A stretch of 64,000 nt of DNA, taken from contig CAWIKF010000002.1 of assembly GCA_963836755.1 (NCBI GenBank), forward strand, positions 1,216,001 to 1,280,000, read 5' to 3'. This document shows positions 32,792-42,779 of this stretch, one piece after another. The first letter of the stretch is position 1. The number at the start of each line of letters is the position of its first letter. The translations under genes and the position numbers were made by a program. The notes below the pieces were generated by a model that worked only from the letters and a program-made list of their open reading frames with translations, ran no database searches and was not told where the DNA came from. The DNA is from an uncultured Verrucomicrobiae bacterium. Its GTDB lineage: Bacteria > Verrucomicrobiota > Verrucomicrobiia > Chthoniobacterales > Chthoniobacteraceae.

Positions 32792-33198
32792 AAGAAGGAC
32801 GAGGCGGTCGGGTCGCAGTGGAGATAGAGCGAGCCAGTCGGCTTGAGCACGCGATGCAGTTCCAACAGCCGGTTCGCCATCATCACCAGGTAAGCCGTCA
32901 TGTCATTGCGCCCGAGGAACTCCACGAGCGACTTCATCATCTTCCCCACGTCCGTATTCGCCTGCGTCAGCACCTCGTCGTATTCGCGCTCCGTCACATC
33001 CTGCGTCCAATGCCATGTATCCTCAAACGCCTCGATCTGCGCCTGGCTCTCCACACCCTTCGGCGACTTGAAAAGCAGGTTGTAGTCGCGCTTCGAGTTA
33101 AACGGCGGATCGAGATAGATCAAGTCCACGCACTCATCCGGGAAGTTCTTCCGGTCGCGTAACACCGCCAGATTATCGCCGTAGTAGAGTTGATTCAT
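32788..33198 (-). pseudogene. N-terminal fragment of an N6/N4 DNA methyltransferase
   Basis: LYYGDNL, DLIYLDPPFNS, LKPTGSLYLHCDPTAS then an abrupt stop; SAM-binding motif missing. Confidence 0.85.
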
Positions 33199-33652
33199 GA
33201 TTTCGGTTCTTGAGGAGATAGCTTCATGGGGATGAAATCTCCAACCGGTCATCTGGTCTCGAGCAATGTCACAAAAGCATTGTTGCATCCCAACACAACG
33301 CCGGTTTGAGGGTGCCGCACGAAGGTAATATAGTTGTCGTCATCCACAGGGGTAATTTCTCCGGTAAAGTTTTCCTCGATTTCTCCGTGCGCTCGCACCT
33401 GTGCGCGAGCCGTCGGAGCGCCAGTGAGGTCTTCAACACTAATCATTCTTCAATTAAGTTGCACTTGGCGATGAGCAAAGCATTTATGCGGCATCCAACG
33501 GCTTGGACGACTGACTTGCTGACCAAAGTGCTCATCCGGTGCGATGTTATCCTTTGAGCGACGGTCCTCAATGAAATCGTGCAATTCTCTCTTGTCAGGT
33601 TGAGCAGCGTTTGACGGGAGGGGGTGTGGATTGTTTGGAAACGGCTTTTGGC

Positions 33653-33955
33653 AGGTTGGGGATGATGACATTCTTATTGGGGAACGGCTTCGCCATATCG
33701 GGATGGTGGCAGTCTTGTTCGCGAAAGGCTTTGGCTATATCGGGATGGTGGCAGTCTTGTTCGCGAAACGCTTTTGCTATATCGGGATGATGGCAGTCTT
33801 GTTCGCGGAGCGCTTTCGCCATATCGGGATGGTGGCAGTCTTGTTCGCGAAACGCTTTTGCTATATCGCGATGGCGGCAGTCTTATTCGCGAAACGCTTT
33901 CGCTATATCGCGATGGCGGCAGTCTTGTTCGCGAAACGCTTTCGCTATATCGCGA
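33653..33955. repeat. 42-bp tandem repeat, 6 full copies plus degenerate and partial flanking copies
   Basis: Unit ATATCGGGATGGTGGCAGTCTTGTTCGCGAAACGCTTTCGCT (with variants) starts at 33695, 33737, 33779, 33821, 33863, 33905; partial at 33947. Confidence 0.95.
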
Positions 33956-34096
33956 AGAGGGTCCGCGGTGGCGGAAAACTCGATATCTTACCTTCTCGGC
34001 TCCTTTTTTCATTCGCTGGCCTTTGCTGGCATACCTTTAGCTATGTTTCCCCGCGCTGCCCAGTAAGGGCGGTTTTAAGAAAGGAGATTTAAAGAT

Positions 34097-34717
34097 ATGA
34101 TTAACAAAGTAGCAATTACATGGATCAATAAGTATGCGCAGGGACCTTTCGGCGACACTGTGACTATTATCCTAGAGAAGACGACGGGTAACCCGTCCTT
34201 TGCGAGCCTGGCCCCATTGGTGGCCACGACGCAGACGGCGTTTGATACCTATCAAACGGCCGCGGCGAAAGCCGCATCGGGAGATCGCGAAGCAATCGTG
34301 ATCCGCAACGAAAAGCGCGACGCCCTTGGTATGCTGCTCGTGCAGCTCGCCAATGGGATCAGCACGGCCGCCAATGGCAACATGGCGGTCCTGATCAGCA
34401 GCGGGTTCCCAGTGCAAAAGCAGCAGCGCACGCCGGTGGGGCCTTTGCCCACGCCGGACGCGCCGCTGGTAACACAGGGTCCGGTGAGCGGCACGCTCAT
34501 CGCCAGCGCGAAAGCAGTGAAAGGCGCATCCATCTATAACTGGAGTGTGGCGCTGGAAACCGCGCCCAATGAGGATGTGCAGGACGCACAAACGACCGCC
34601 GCGAGTGCGGAGTTCGACGGGTTAACGCCCGGCAAAGTCTACGTCATTTCGCTCAACGCAGTCGGCGCAGCCGGCGCGAGTAACTGGAGTGACTACGGCA
34701 GCCTAATGGCGATTTAA
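34097..34717 (+). CDS. Helical N-terminal domain plus fibronectin type III domain protein
   Basis: RBS AAGGAG; GNPSF, GLTPGKVY, AVGAAGASNWSD typical of FN3 C-termini. Confidence 0.8.
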   Translation: MINKVAITWINKYAQGPFGDTVTIILEKTTGNPSFASLAPLVATTQTAFDTYQTAAAKAASGDREAIVIRNEKRDALGMLLVQLANGISTAANGNMAVLISSGFPVQKQQRTPVGPLPTPDAPLVTQGPVSGTLIASAKAVKGASIYNWSVALETAPNEDVQDAQTTAASAEFDGLTPGKVYVISLNAVGAAGASNWSDYGSLMAI

Positions 34718-34747
34718 GGAAAGCCTTTTCGTCTGATATATCGATCG

Positions 34748-34788
34748 AAGGCGGCGCGTTCAGCAATGGGCGCGCCGCTTTTGTTTTG
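34748..34788 (+). terminator. Intrinsic terminator
   Basis: GCGGCGCGTTC-agcaat-GGGCGCGCCGC hairpin then TTTTGTTTT. Confidence 0.75.
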
Positions 34789-34883
34789 ACCCCTCCTTTA
34801 TCTGAGAAACTTCCGCCGCAGTGGATGAGTGTGTCACCCCCGACAGAGGAGACTGCCGCTTTATCCGCTCGTCTCTCTCCAAT

Positions 34884-35417
34884 TTATCCGTGAAAAATCC
34901 GATTGTCTCTTATGAAAGAGGCAGTTCGACTAACGTGGAATCTAAAATCCTTGCGAAATGAGTGGTAGTTGTTCAAAGCATTATGAATCACTTGAGTTTG
35001 TGTCTTAAGATGAATCTCATTCTCACGGCTGTGTATTCCAGAGAAAGCTAGATTTAATACCTTTCTGCTTGCCTGCCTTAAATTCTCAAAGGAGTCCATT
35101 AAGTCATTTGAAAAGTAGATGTCTATTACCATATTCATCTTATCTTCTATCGTATAGTAGTCGTCACTAGCTTTCATATGAGCGGGCTTCATTGCCTGCA
35201 TATTTTCAAATGTAAGAATGCCTTCAACTATTTGTTCCTGAAAATGAAAATAATTCGCAACCCAGCGTAATAACTCGGATTCAAGTAACATCAGTTCTTC
35301 CAGCTTGCGTAACCGATATTCTCTATCCGTCCGATGACTTGCCAGCACATGCGCCACAATAGCTGATGCGACGCTACCGAAGAATATTGCTAATAATGAC
35401 GATAACAGTGGTTGCAT
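34884..35417 (-). CDS. Hypothetical AT-rich protein with N-terminal membrane helix
   Basis: 177-aa ORF in AT-rich DNA. Confidence 0.6.
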   Translation of the reverse strand: MQPLLSSLLAIFFGSVASAIVAHVLASHRTDREYRLRKLEELMLLESELLRWVANYFHFQEQIVEGILTFENMQAMKPAHMKASDDYYTIEDKMNMVIDIYFSNDLMDSFENLRQASRKVLNLAFSGIHSRENEIHLKTQTQVIHNALNNYHSFRKDFRFHVSRTASFIRDNRIFHG

Positions 35418-35661
35418 GCGTTGTAGCTTCTTGCATACCTTTGTCGGTTTGCGATGTCCAATTCCTTTTGCGATGGTCTATAGCCTTGAATCCCTAGCTA
35501 TTTCGGACATCTGTTGGGTGCCTTCGAGCTTTGGCTAAAAGCTAGAGTAACAAGTATTGCTTGACGATGATGTGTCAGGCATTAATGAATAATCGCTATG
35601 AACTGTTGCGCCGTATCCTAAAAGGCGAAATTTACGAGATCTAGTGCGCCTCCCACAACAA

Positions 35662-36339
35662 ATGAAAACCTTTCCTCCTTTTACAACCTGCCTATGTGTA
35701 GCGCTGCTTTCGGCCTCGCCGGTTTATGCGGCGAAGCATCATAAGAGTCACAGCGCGCCACAACCTAGCGCGCTGCCATTACCATCGGCGTCGACCGCAG
35801 CACAGCCGCCTTCGGTTCAATTGTCGGTATTATTCCAGAACTCGCTGGATAAGGTGGTCGCTCCGCTCGACCAGAAGGTGGTGATGCCAAGGACTGAGGT
35901 AGCGTTGCTGCGGACGAATTTTGCGCAAAAGCTCGCGCTTGCGGAGCAAGGGCAAAAGGCACCGTATCAGGCTGGGATCGCGGTGTGCGATGCTTTCACG
36001 CAAGCGATGGATGAGCGGGAGAAAGCGCAACAGAACTATCAACAGGCTCAAGCCGTTCATGGTCCGGGCGATGTGGCCGATGTGCGGAAGAGCGCGCCGA
36101 AGCGCGGCCGCGGGAGTGGCAGCGCGGCGATTGCGGAGGCGCGCAAGGAGGGCCAGGAGGAAAATCGCGATACACAGGGAGCGAACCAGAAGGATGCATT
36201 TCTGAATGCGGGGCTGCTCAAATCGTAGTCGGATCGTGCGGCACAGTTGCGTCAAAACATTCAGCAGCTTTACACGCACGTGTTGGAGGCTGAGCAACAG
36301 GCTGCGCCTGCCGCATCTCCGGAAATCCCGGCGACCTAG
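35662..36339 (+). pseudogene. Secreted hypothetical protein with internal TAG at 36226-36228
   Basis: Signal peptide; frame continues 36 sense codons (SDRAAQLRQNIQQLY...) after the TAG. Confidence 0.55.
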
Positions 36340-36397
36340 CTCATCGCGCGGCTGACTTTATATAAGGTAGAGGAAATGGCTTTGCCGGGAGCCATCA

Positions 36398-39010
36398 ATG
36401 AAACCTTTGAAATTCAAGCTTCTCTTCCTATCGTCGTTGTTCGCCGTTACTGTTCTCGGGGAGGTGCCGGACACGCGCGGGCCCGTGCAGAACGCCGGCA
36501 TGCATGTCGTGGCAGACGCGGAGGGCGTGCAGGCTCCCGGATATACATGGAAGGAGCCAGAGGCGTTGCCTTCATGGACGGCAAAGTGGATTGGGCGATC
36601 TGCGGCTACGAAATCAGTCGCCACTTGCCTCCGAAAGGTCGTGCAGCTCAAGGCCGCCCCCAGCAAGGTCACGGCCTGGATCACCGGAGACGATTATCTT
36701 CTCTGGGTAAATGGCCACGCAGCCGCGCGCGGTCCGGCGGACCCGGGGCGCGATTTCTTTAAAGGCGTTCCGAGTCGTCCTGCGAAAGCCGGGGAAGATT
36801 TCAAAGACGATGTCTACGTTCAGCGGTTGAGCAATCACCGGTTCTACGACGTGCGGGACCTCACCCCCCTTTTTCAAGTCGGTTCGAATTCGCTGGCGGT
36901 AGAGGTAGCCGGCGATGGCGGCTTCCAGCTCCAGGCTCGGGTCGAATACCCGGATGGTTCTACCGAGGTGATCGGAACTGACGAGACGTGGCGTGGCATT
37001 CCGTGCCCTTACCTACTGCCGGGTGCATTGTTTGCGCGCCAGCAGCAAAGCCATGACGCCAAACCTTTGGATAGGCCGATTGTTTTCTTCGATGCCGCGG
37101 CGGAACCTGTTGGCTGGCAGTCGGCCGACTTTGATGATCGGAAATGGCCCAGCTGCCGAGCGGGCGATCCACCCGCCGAGACGCTAATGATGAGCGAACT
37201 TCCGCCGGTTATGGAGACGTTCTATCCCGAGTTTGAGGTGAAACCGGTATCGGGCGACGTAACTATCCCGAGCGAGCCTCTGACGCCGGGACGTCCAATC
37301 GTAGTAAAGGGCGACGGCGAGTTCGCCGTCCATTTTAGTAGAGTGATGTCTGGACGATGCGGTATCGCCGTAGACGGATGCGCCGGTGCGGAGGTTGAGC
37401 TCATCTCCAACGAGACACAGGGGACAACCGCGCGGGCATATGGGCTGAAGCTGCGTGATGGATTTCAGTATTTCGAGAGCCGCGACTACTACGCGCTTGG
37501 CACCGTGCGCGTCGTGGTGCGTCATGCAAGTAAGCCCATCCAGATCCGCGAGGTCACCGCCGATTTTCTTTCCCAGCCGGTGGAGTATCGAGGGTCGTTC
37601 ACGTGCAGCGACCCAATTCTCAATACGCTTTGGAAAAGCGGTCGCTGGTCCACACAAATCTGCATGGTCACGCATCATCTCGATTCTCCGCAGCACCAGG
37701 AGCCGATCAGCGACTATGGCGACTACGTCGTTGAGGATCTGGTCAATTTCAACAGCATGGGCAGCAATACGTGGCTCGCTCGGCAAGATCTGCGGAAATG
37801 GGCGTGGGTGATGGAGAACGCGCACTATCACACCTTCCACACCAGCTACATGCTCTACTGGCTCCAGGCCCTGCTCAACTACTACGACTACACGGGGGAC
37901 CGCACCGTGATTGATGAAGTGGCACCGCAGGTTCATGCCATGCTCGATCAATTCACCACCTATGTCGGCAAGAACGGGATCATCTCGGAGTCACCCAATT
38001 ACATGTTCATGGATTGGGTGACCGTCTACGATGACAAAAATTCGAAGATTGCCTTCCTATGCCATCATCCGCCTGCCGTCATCGGGCAGGGCTACATGAC
38101 GGCGCTCTTTTATCGCGCCTTGGCCGATGGTATGCGGGTCGCTGAGCTGACCGGAAACCAATCGCGAGTCAAAAAGTATTCCAAACTGCACGATCAGGTT
38201 GCGGCGGCGTATCAGGCAGAGCTTTGGAATGAAACGCGCGGACAATATCGCGATGGAAAACCATTCGTCACCTCCGTCAAGCCGAACAAGTGGTTGCCGG
38301 CCGACGTGCAGATGGAGAGTTTTAGCGTGCAGAACAATGCCTTTGCCGTCCTCTACGACCTCGCCCCCGCCGTGCGGCAGCAGGCGATTCTGAGCGGCAT
38401 GCTGCACAATCCGCATTGGGATGTTACCCCATGGTTCATGCATTTCGTCTTCGATTCCCTGGCTCACGGCGGCCTCTTTGACTCAGAGGGCGGGTCGAAG
38501 ATGCACGACTATGTCGTTGTCCCCGAGACTCAGACGGTGCGGGAAGCGGGCCCGAATAAAGGCGACTATAGCCACGGCTGGATCGCATCGCCCACCTATC
38601 AGATGTCCAGCAAGATCCTGGGCATTACGCCGGCTTCCCCGGGCTTCGATACCATCAACATCCATCCGACGTTATGCGGCCTAGCCTTTGCCCGCGGGGC
38701 CGTGCCGAGCCGCCATGGCCTTATCGGCGTAGACTGGACGAGGCAGCGTGATGAATTGTCCATCAGGTTCGATGTCCCGCCGGGAACTCACGCCAACGTC
38801 AACCTTCCAACGGGCCACGCCCTAAATCCGCGGCTGCTTCTCGATGGCAAGCCGCTTGCGCAGCCTGGCTCACCAGCCGCTGGGGCGGGCGTTCACTCGC
38901 TGCAACGCAACGCCGCCTCGATCGTATTTCGGCTGGATCCGGGCCGCTATCATTTCACCGTGCTGGGCCTTTGCATTTCGTTTGGGCGGACGCCCGCTTG
39001 CAGCAATTGA
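36398..39010 (+). CDS. Alpha-L-rhamnosidase-like glycoside hydrolase (GH78)
   Basis: Signal peptide, AKWI, GSFTCSDPILNTLW, SHGW, RGAVPSRHGLIGVDW. Confidence 0.8.
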   Translation: MKPLKFKLLFLSSLFAVTVLGEVPDTRGPVQNAGMHVVADAEGVQAPGYTWKEPEALPSWTAKWIGRSAATKSVATCLRKVVQLKAAPSKVTAWITGDDYLLWVNGHAAARGPADPGRDFFKGVPSRPAKAGEDFKDDVYVQRLSNHRFYDVRDLTPLFQVGSNSLAVEVAGDGGFQLQARVEYPDGSTEVIGTDETWRGIPCPYLLPGALFARQQQSHDAKPLDRPIVFFDAAAEPVGWQSADFDDRKWPSCRAGDPPAETLMMSELPPVMETFYPEFEVKPVSGDVTIPSEPLTPGRPIVVKGDGEFAVHFSRVMSGRCGIAVDGCAGAEVELISNETQGTTARAYGLKLRDGFQYFESRDYYALGTVRVVVRHASKPIQIREVTADFLSQPVEYRGSFTCSDPILNTLWKSGRWSTQICMVTHHLDSPQHQEPISDYGDYVVEDLVNFNSMGSNTWLARQDLRKWAWVMENAHYHTFHTSYMLYWLQALLNYYDYTGDRTVIDEVAPQVHAMLDQFTTYVGKNGIISESPNYMFMDWVTVYDDKNSKIAFLCHHPPAVIGQGYMTALFYRALADGMRVAELTGNQSRVKKYSKLHDQVAAAYQAELWNETRGQYRDGKPFVTSVKPNKWLPADVQMESFSVQNNAFAVLYDLAPAVRQQAILSGMLHNPHWDVTPWFMHFVFDSLAHGGLFDSEGGSKMHDYVVVPETQTVREAGPNKGDYSHGWIASPTYQMSSKILGITPASPGFDTINIHPTLCGLAFARGAVPSRHGLIGVDWTRQRDELSIRFDVPPGTHANVNLPTGHALNPRLLLDGKPLAQPGSPAAGAGVHSLQRNAASIVFRLDPGRYHFTVLGLCISFGRTPACSN

Positions 39011-39249
39011 TGCGTGGGGAAAATAATCCGGCACACGCCGACTTTGCGGGCGGACCTCATCCCGTCAAAAGATCCACGCTTCAGGTGGCAAGCAAGGAGT
39101 ATGACCCCAAATGAATGGACGAAAATCAAGTCAGATATTGCCTCCATGCCTGCCGACTACGATCAACTGTTTGCTCCGCATGCCGCATCGTGGCAATCAA
39201 GCCGCCGAGGTTCGCCGCTACGAACTTCCCTGAGTCTTTTAAACGAAAC

Positions 39250-39720
39250 CTAGGCTTGCAACTTTCTCACCAAGTCCCTGACTTGATCGGCTCCAGCAAT
39301 CCTCCAGAAGATGACATCGGCATCATCGGTGGCCGCTGAGGAGAACTCTACGTTGCCGATCCCGAGCAGGCCCGAGAATCCCTGGCGCTTCACATTGATG
39401 CTGCGGATGTCTTGAACACGAATTTCGTTGGAGCTTTTTGAGACGATCCCAAATTCTACGATCACCCGATTGTTGGTGACCTGGTAACGGCGAGTGGCGC
39501 GGGCAACAGAAATCCAGAGAATGAGAACCAGAGCAATTGCCAGAGGCAGAAAATGAACCACCATATCCCATGGCTTCCAGTCCTTGAGATCGAGCCAGAA
39601 TGAAGCAACCGATGCTGCTATCAATAGGACCAGAAGGAACCATCTGCCTGCGTAAAACCAGTTTGACGGCAGGCCAGACCAGAGCAGCTCGTCAGTGCGG
39701 GGGGAGTCTTTGGTTTCCAT
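39250..39720 (-). CDS. Bacterial PH domain membrane protein
   Basis: Two hydrophobic helices then RYQVTNNRV..GIV..IRSINVKRQ..LGIGNV. Confidence 0.8.
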   Translation of the reverse strand: METKDSPRTDELLWSGLPSNWFYAGRWFLLVLLIAASVASFWLDLKDWKPWDMVVHFLPLAIALVLILWISVARATRRYQVTNNRVIVEFGIVSKSSNEIRVQDIRSINVKRQGFSGLLGIGNVEFSSAATDDADVIFWRIAGADQVRDLVRKLQA

Positions 39721-39832
39721 GCGTATCTCTTACGTGAGTTGGAAATGACGCGGCGAGACATTTATCCTGATTCGCTTTAGCTGCGAGCAGGGGTTGGCGA
39801 AGATCTGGCACCGGAAACAGTTGTGGAATGGA

Positions 39833-40632
39833 TCAATGGCTGAGGTTCAGCTTTAGGATGCGCTCCACTTCGGCGATGGCTTGCGGGTTTTGATGCGCCC
39901 CGTGGCCCGAGGGGACGATGAGTTCGCTCTCGGCCGTTTCCATATGACTGCTCCAATACGGGACGACTCCATCAGTCATGACGGGTTTGGTTTTATCCTT
40001 GTGCCCGCCTTTGCCGCGGTCGCGGCAAATGACGTGGTGCGCAATGCCGGGCGTGACAGGGATTGTCTGGAGCGCGAGCACAAACGGATCATTCGGCGCG
40101 AGGGTGTCGATGCTGTTGGGCAGGCGTTTTAGTCGCATCTCGTGATGCGGAACTGATCGGCGGGAATGAATTCGTAGAGCACCGGGTCCTGCTGCCGATC
40201 GGCTCTTGGTTTGTGAGTGAGCACGAAATCACCGGCCGTCGAAGTTATGCGCAAAGGCCGCGACCACGGGTCAAATTTCGCCTGCTCAATCGTGCCGATG
40301 ACACGGGCAACGGCGAAGCTATAGGCATCGCGCGCAGAGACATTCGCGGGATTGTGAGCTAGCTGCTCCTGCGCGGTCTGGGCGACGGCGAGCAGTTTCC
40401 CGATTGCCGCCAGCGGCTCGCGCTTTTCTCGATGAATGGCATCGTCGATCTCCCATTCCGAACGCGCCAGCGCACCGATGGTCGAGCCGTGCGCGCGAAA
40501 ACGCGGATGCGCGGACGATACGCTCGCGTATGGCGCGCAATCGGTGACGACGAATACAGTCGCCAACGCAAGCACCGCGCAAAGGCGGCGACGCTTTTCG
40601 CGATGATGATCGCTCGAAGAAGCGGTGGCCAT
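39833..40632 (-). pseudogene. Alpha/beta hydrolase with large internal deletion
   Basis: N-terminal part joined out of frame near 40135 to the C-terminal DGVVPYWSSH...SGHGAHQNP part; no nucleophile motif visible. Confidence 0.65.
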
Positions 40633-40672
40633 GGCTAGTGCAATTCCGTGGCGATCATGATTCGCGCAAATG

Positions 40673-41017
40673 TCAGCACGCCGATGAGGAGACGAGAACA
40701 GCCATCCAGGCGGCGACGTCGGGAGGTTCGCGGCGCAGCGTCGGAATGCCGGCGACGTTTCGAAAGCCCTCACTCTCCAGGTATCTCACCGCGATGTGAT
40801 ACTCCCACGTTGCGACCGCGGTGGTAAGGCTGCCGACACCGATCAAGACAAGCCCGAGAATGCGCGCGATCCGCGCACTTTCATGGTCGTGAGTTCCACG
40901 ACCGCCGAAGTGTTCTAAAAACTGCACAATGGCAAATCCGAAACCGATGAGTGAAGTCGCCGTTCGGACACTCGATCGAGTCGTTGCGCACGAATGTCGC
41001 GGAGTTAAAGCGCTCAT
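40673..41017 (-). pseudogene. DUF202/YidH membrane protein remnant
   Basis: VRTATSLIGFGFAIVQF motif with degraded ends. Confidence 0.6.
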
Positions 41018-41516
41018 TGGTGAACTCTTTCCATCGGCCGGTCACCCGTGGCTGGAAAAATTCCTGATCGTAATCAACGATCCCGCGAGTGGAGCGTTTC
41101 ATCATGCGATGGCGGACGAGCGGGTGCATGTCCTCTACTGCCACGACAAGGAGATCGGCATGTGTGGCTCATCCCAGAAATCGGAAAAGGCCCTTTGCAA
41201 TCGGAACAACTGACGATCATGCGAGAATTGGTCGATGCGAGCTTCAGCCGGACCAAGATGCAATCTGCGACAGACGGATGAAAAGCCGGCTAATTACCGC
41301 AATGGCAGCGGTGTGGGCCTAGCAGGTCGGCGGTTCAGCCGCGCAAGCTCCCAGGCAATGTTTGTATAGGTCATCGCCGTTCAGACTCATCTTTTTGCGA
41401 AAGCCCGGTCAGCGGTGCGGCTCGTTCCGATCACTTGGGGCAAGTCAAGACTGCTCCCGGAACATCGAGCGAACGCAATTGCAGCCGACCTCCAATGCAT
41501 GCTGCGATTCTCAGAA

Positions 41517-41588
41517 TGCGCGATGCAGGGTTCGAACCTGCGACTTCTTGCGTGTGAAGCAAGCGCTCTACCACTGAGCTAATCGCGC
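41517..41588 (-). tRNA. tRNA-Val (CAC)
   Basis: Reverse complement GCGCGATTAGCTCAGTGGTAGAGCGCTTGCTTCACACGCAAGAAGTCGCAGGTTCGAACCCTGCATCGCGCA. Confidence 0.95.
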
Positions 41589-41678
41589 GAAATTACTTAT
41601 AATAAGCGACTTGTCGGTTAACAACTGTGATTAAAAAAGACTCTTGTAACCCATTTTTGTAACCTGTAGGTTGGGTGT

Positions 41679-42779
41679 GTGAAAACGTCAACGGGCGAGG
41701 TTGCAAAGCCGGAGTTCCAAAAAACTGATGTGCCATGTCTCTATCGGTACTCATCAAACGGCGTTTACTATGCCCTCGTCAAGATTGAGGGCAAACAGAA
41801 AAAACAATCCCTCGAAACCACGGACAAGCCTACGGCCAAGCGAAAGCTCGCTGATTTCAGGCGCAATCTCGGCATGGTGGACGCGTCACAGGGACGGATG
41901 ACTTTGCGTGAGCTCTGTAAACGCTATGTAGCCACGATCCAAAACCAAGCTACGACGACAATTTATCTTAAGGAGCATATCATCCAGCGGTTGTTGGCTG
42001 ATTTCGTCGAAGGGGCGGAATGTCAGGTGGCCAAAATTAAACCGTCCGCGCTGGAGGCGTGGCTTGCTCGATACGGCTTTGGCTATTCCTCGCATGCACA
42101 CTATGTGCAGGTGCTAAAAGCACTCTTTGCAATGGCCGTGACGGATAAGGTCGTTTTTGAATCGCCCGCTGCGGGGATTAAGAATAAGAAGGTCGTGAGG
42201 CCAATTCGCATCACCCCCACGTTCGATGAATTCCGCGCGATTATCGCGGATGTTCGTAAACAGGCATTGAATGCGGAGGCTCAAGACAGTGCGGATTTCT
42301 TGGAGTTCATGGGTCTGGTCGGCGTTGGTCAGGCCGAGGCGACGAGCGTTCAAAAGCAGCATGTTAATTTTGCGACTAAGCAAATCACATTTTTCCGCCA
42401 CAAAACGAAAACCCCCTATTACGTCCCCATTTTTCCCCAAGCGGAGGAATTGGTCAAAAAACTGATCAGACGGGATATGAAGCCCACTGACACGCTTTTT
42501 CCAGTGAACCTTGCCAAAAGTAAAAATGTGGATGCCCAGGGAAAAACGAGAGACGCCAAAAAGTCCCTTGCCGGCGCCTGTAAGCGTTTAGGGCTCCCCG
42601 CGTACAGCCAGCGTGCTTTGCGCCGAATGTTTATAACCAGATGCATCGAAAAAGGAATCGATGTTAAAGTCATTGCCCAGTGGCAAGGACACCAGGATGG
42701 CGGCAAGTTAATTTTGGGCACTTACAGCCATGTGCGCAATGTTCATTCTGATGAGATGGCCAAAAAACTGACGTTGTGA
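41679..42779 (+). CDS. Phage-type tyrosine recombinase/integrase
   Basis: Arm-binding-like N-terminus, KTK, RALRRMFIT, AQWQGHQDGGKLILGTYSH catalytic His/Tyr region. Confidence 0.9.
   Translation: MKTSTGEVAKPEFQKTDVPCLYRYSSNGVYYALVKIEGKQKKQSLETTDKPTAKRKLADFRRNLGMVDASQGRMTLRELCKRYVATIQNQATTTIYLKEHIIQRLLADFVEGAECQVAKIKPSALEAWLARYGFGYSSHAHYVQVLKALFAMAVTDKVVFESPAAGIKNKKVVRPIRITPTFDEFRAIIADVRKQALNAEAQDSADFLEFMGLVGVGQAEATSVQKQHVNFATKQITFFRHKTKTPYYVPIFPQAEELVKKLIRRDMKPTDTLFPVNLAKSKNVDAQGKTRDAKKSLAGACKRLGLPAYSQRALRRMFITRCIEKGIDVKVIAQWQGHQDGGKLILGTYSHVRNVHSDEMAKKLTL

Noticed and set aside
33653..33955. CRISPR array
   Set aside because: Units are contiguous with no unique spacers, and no cas genes are nearby.
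41679..42779. Integron integrase IntI
   Set aside because: No recognisable IntI-specific insertion or HTLRHSFATHLL-type motif; it is tRNA-adjacent and about 8 kb from the attI-like site.
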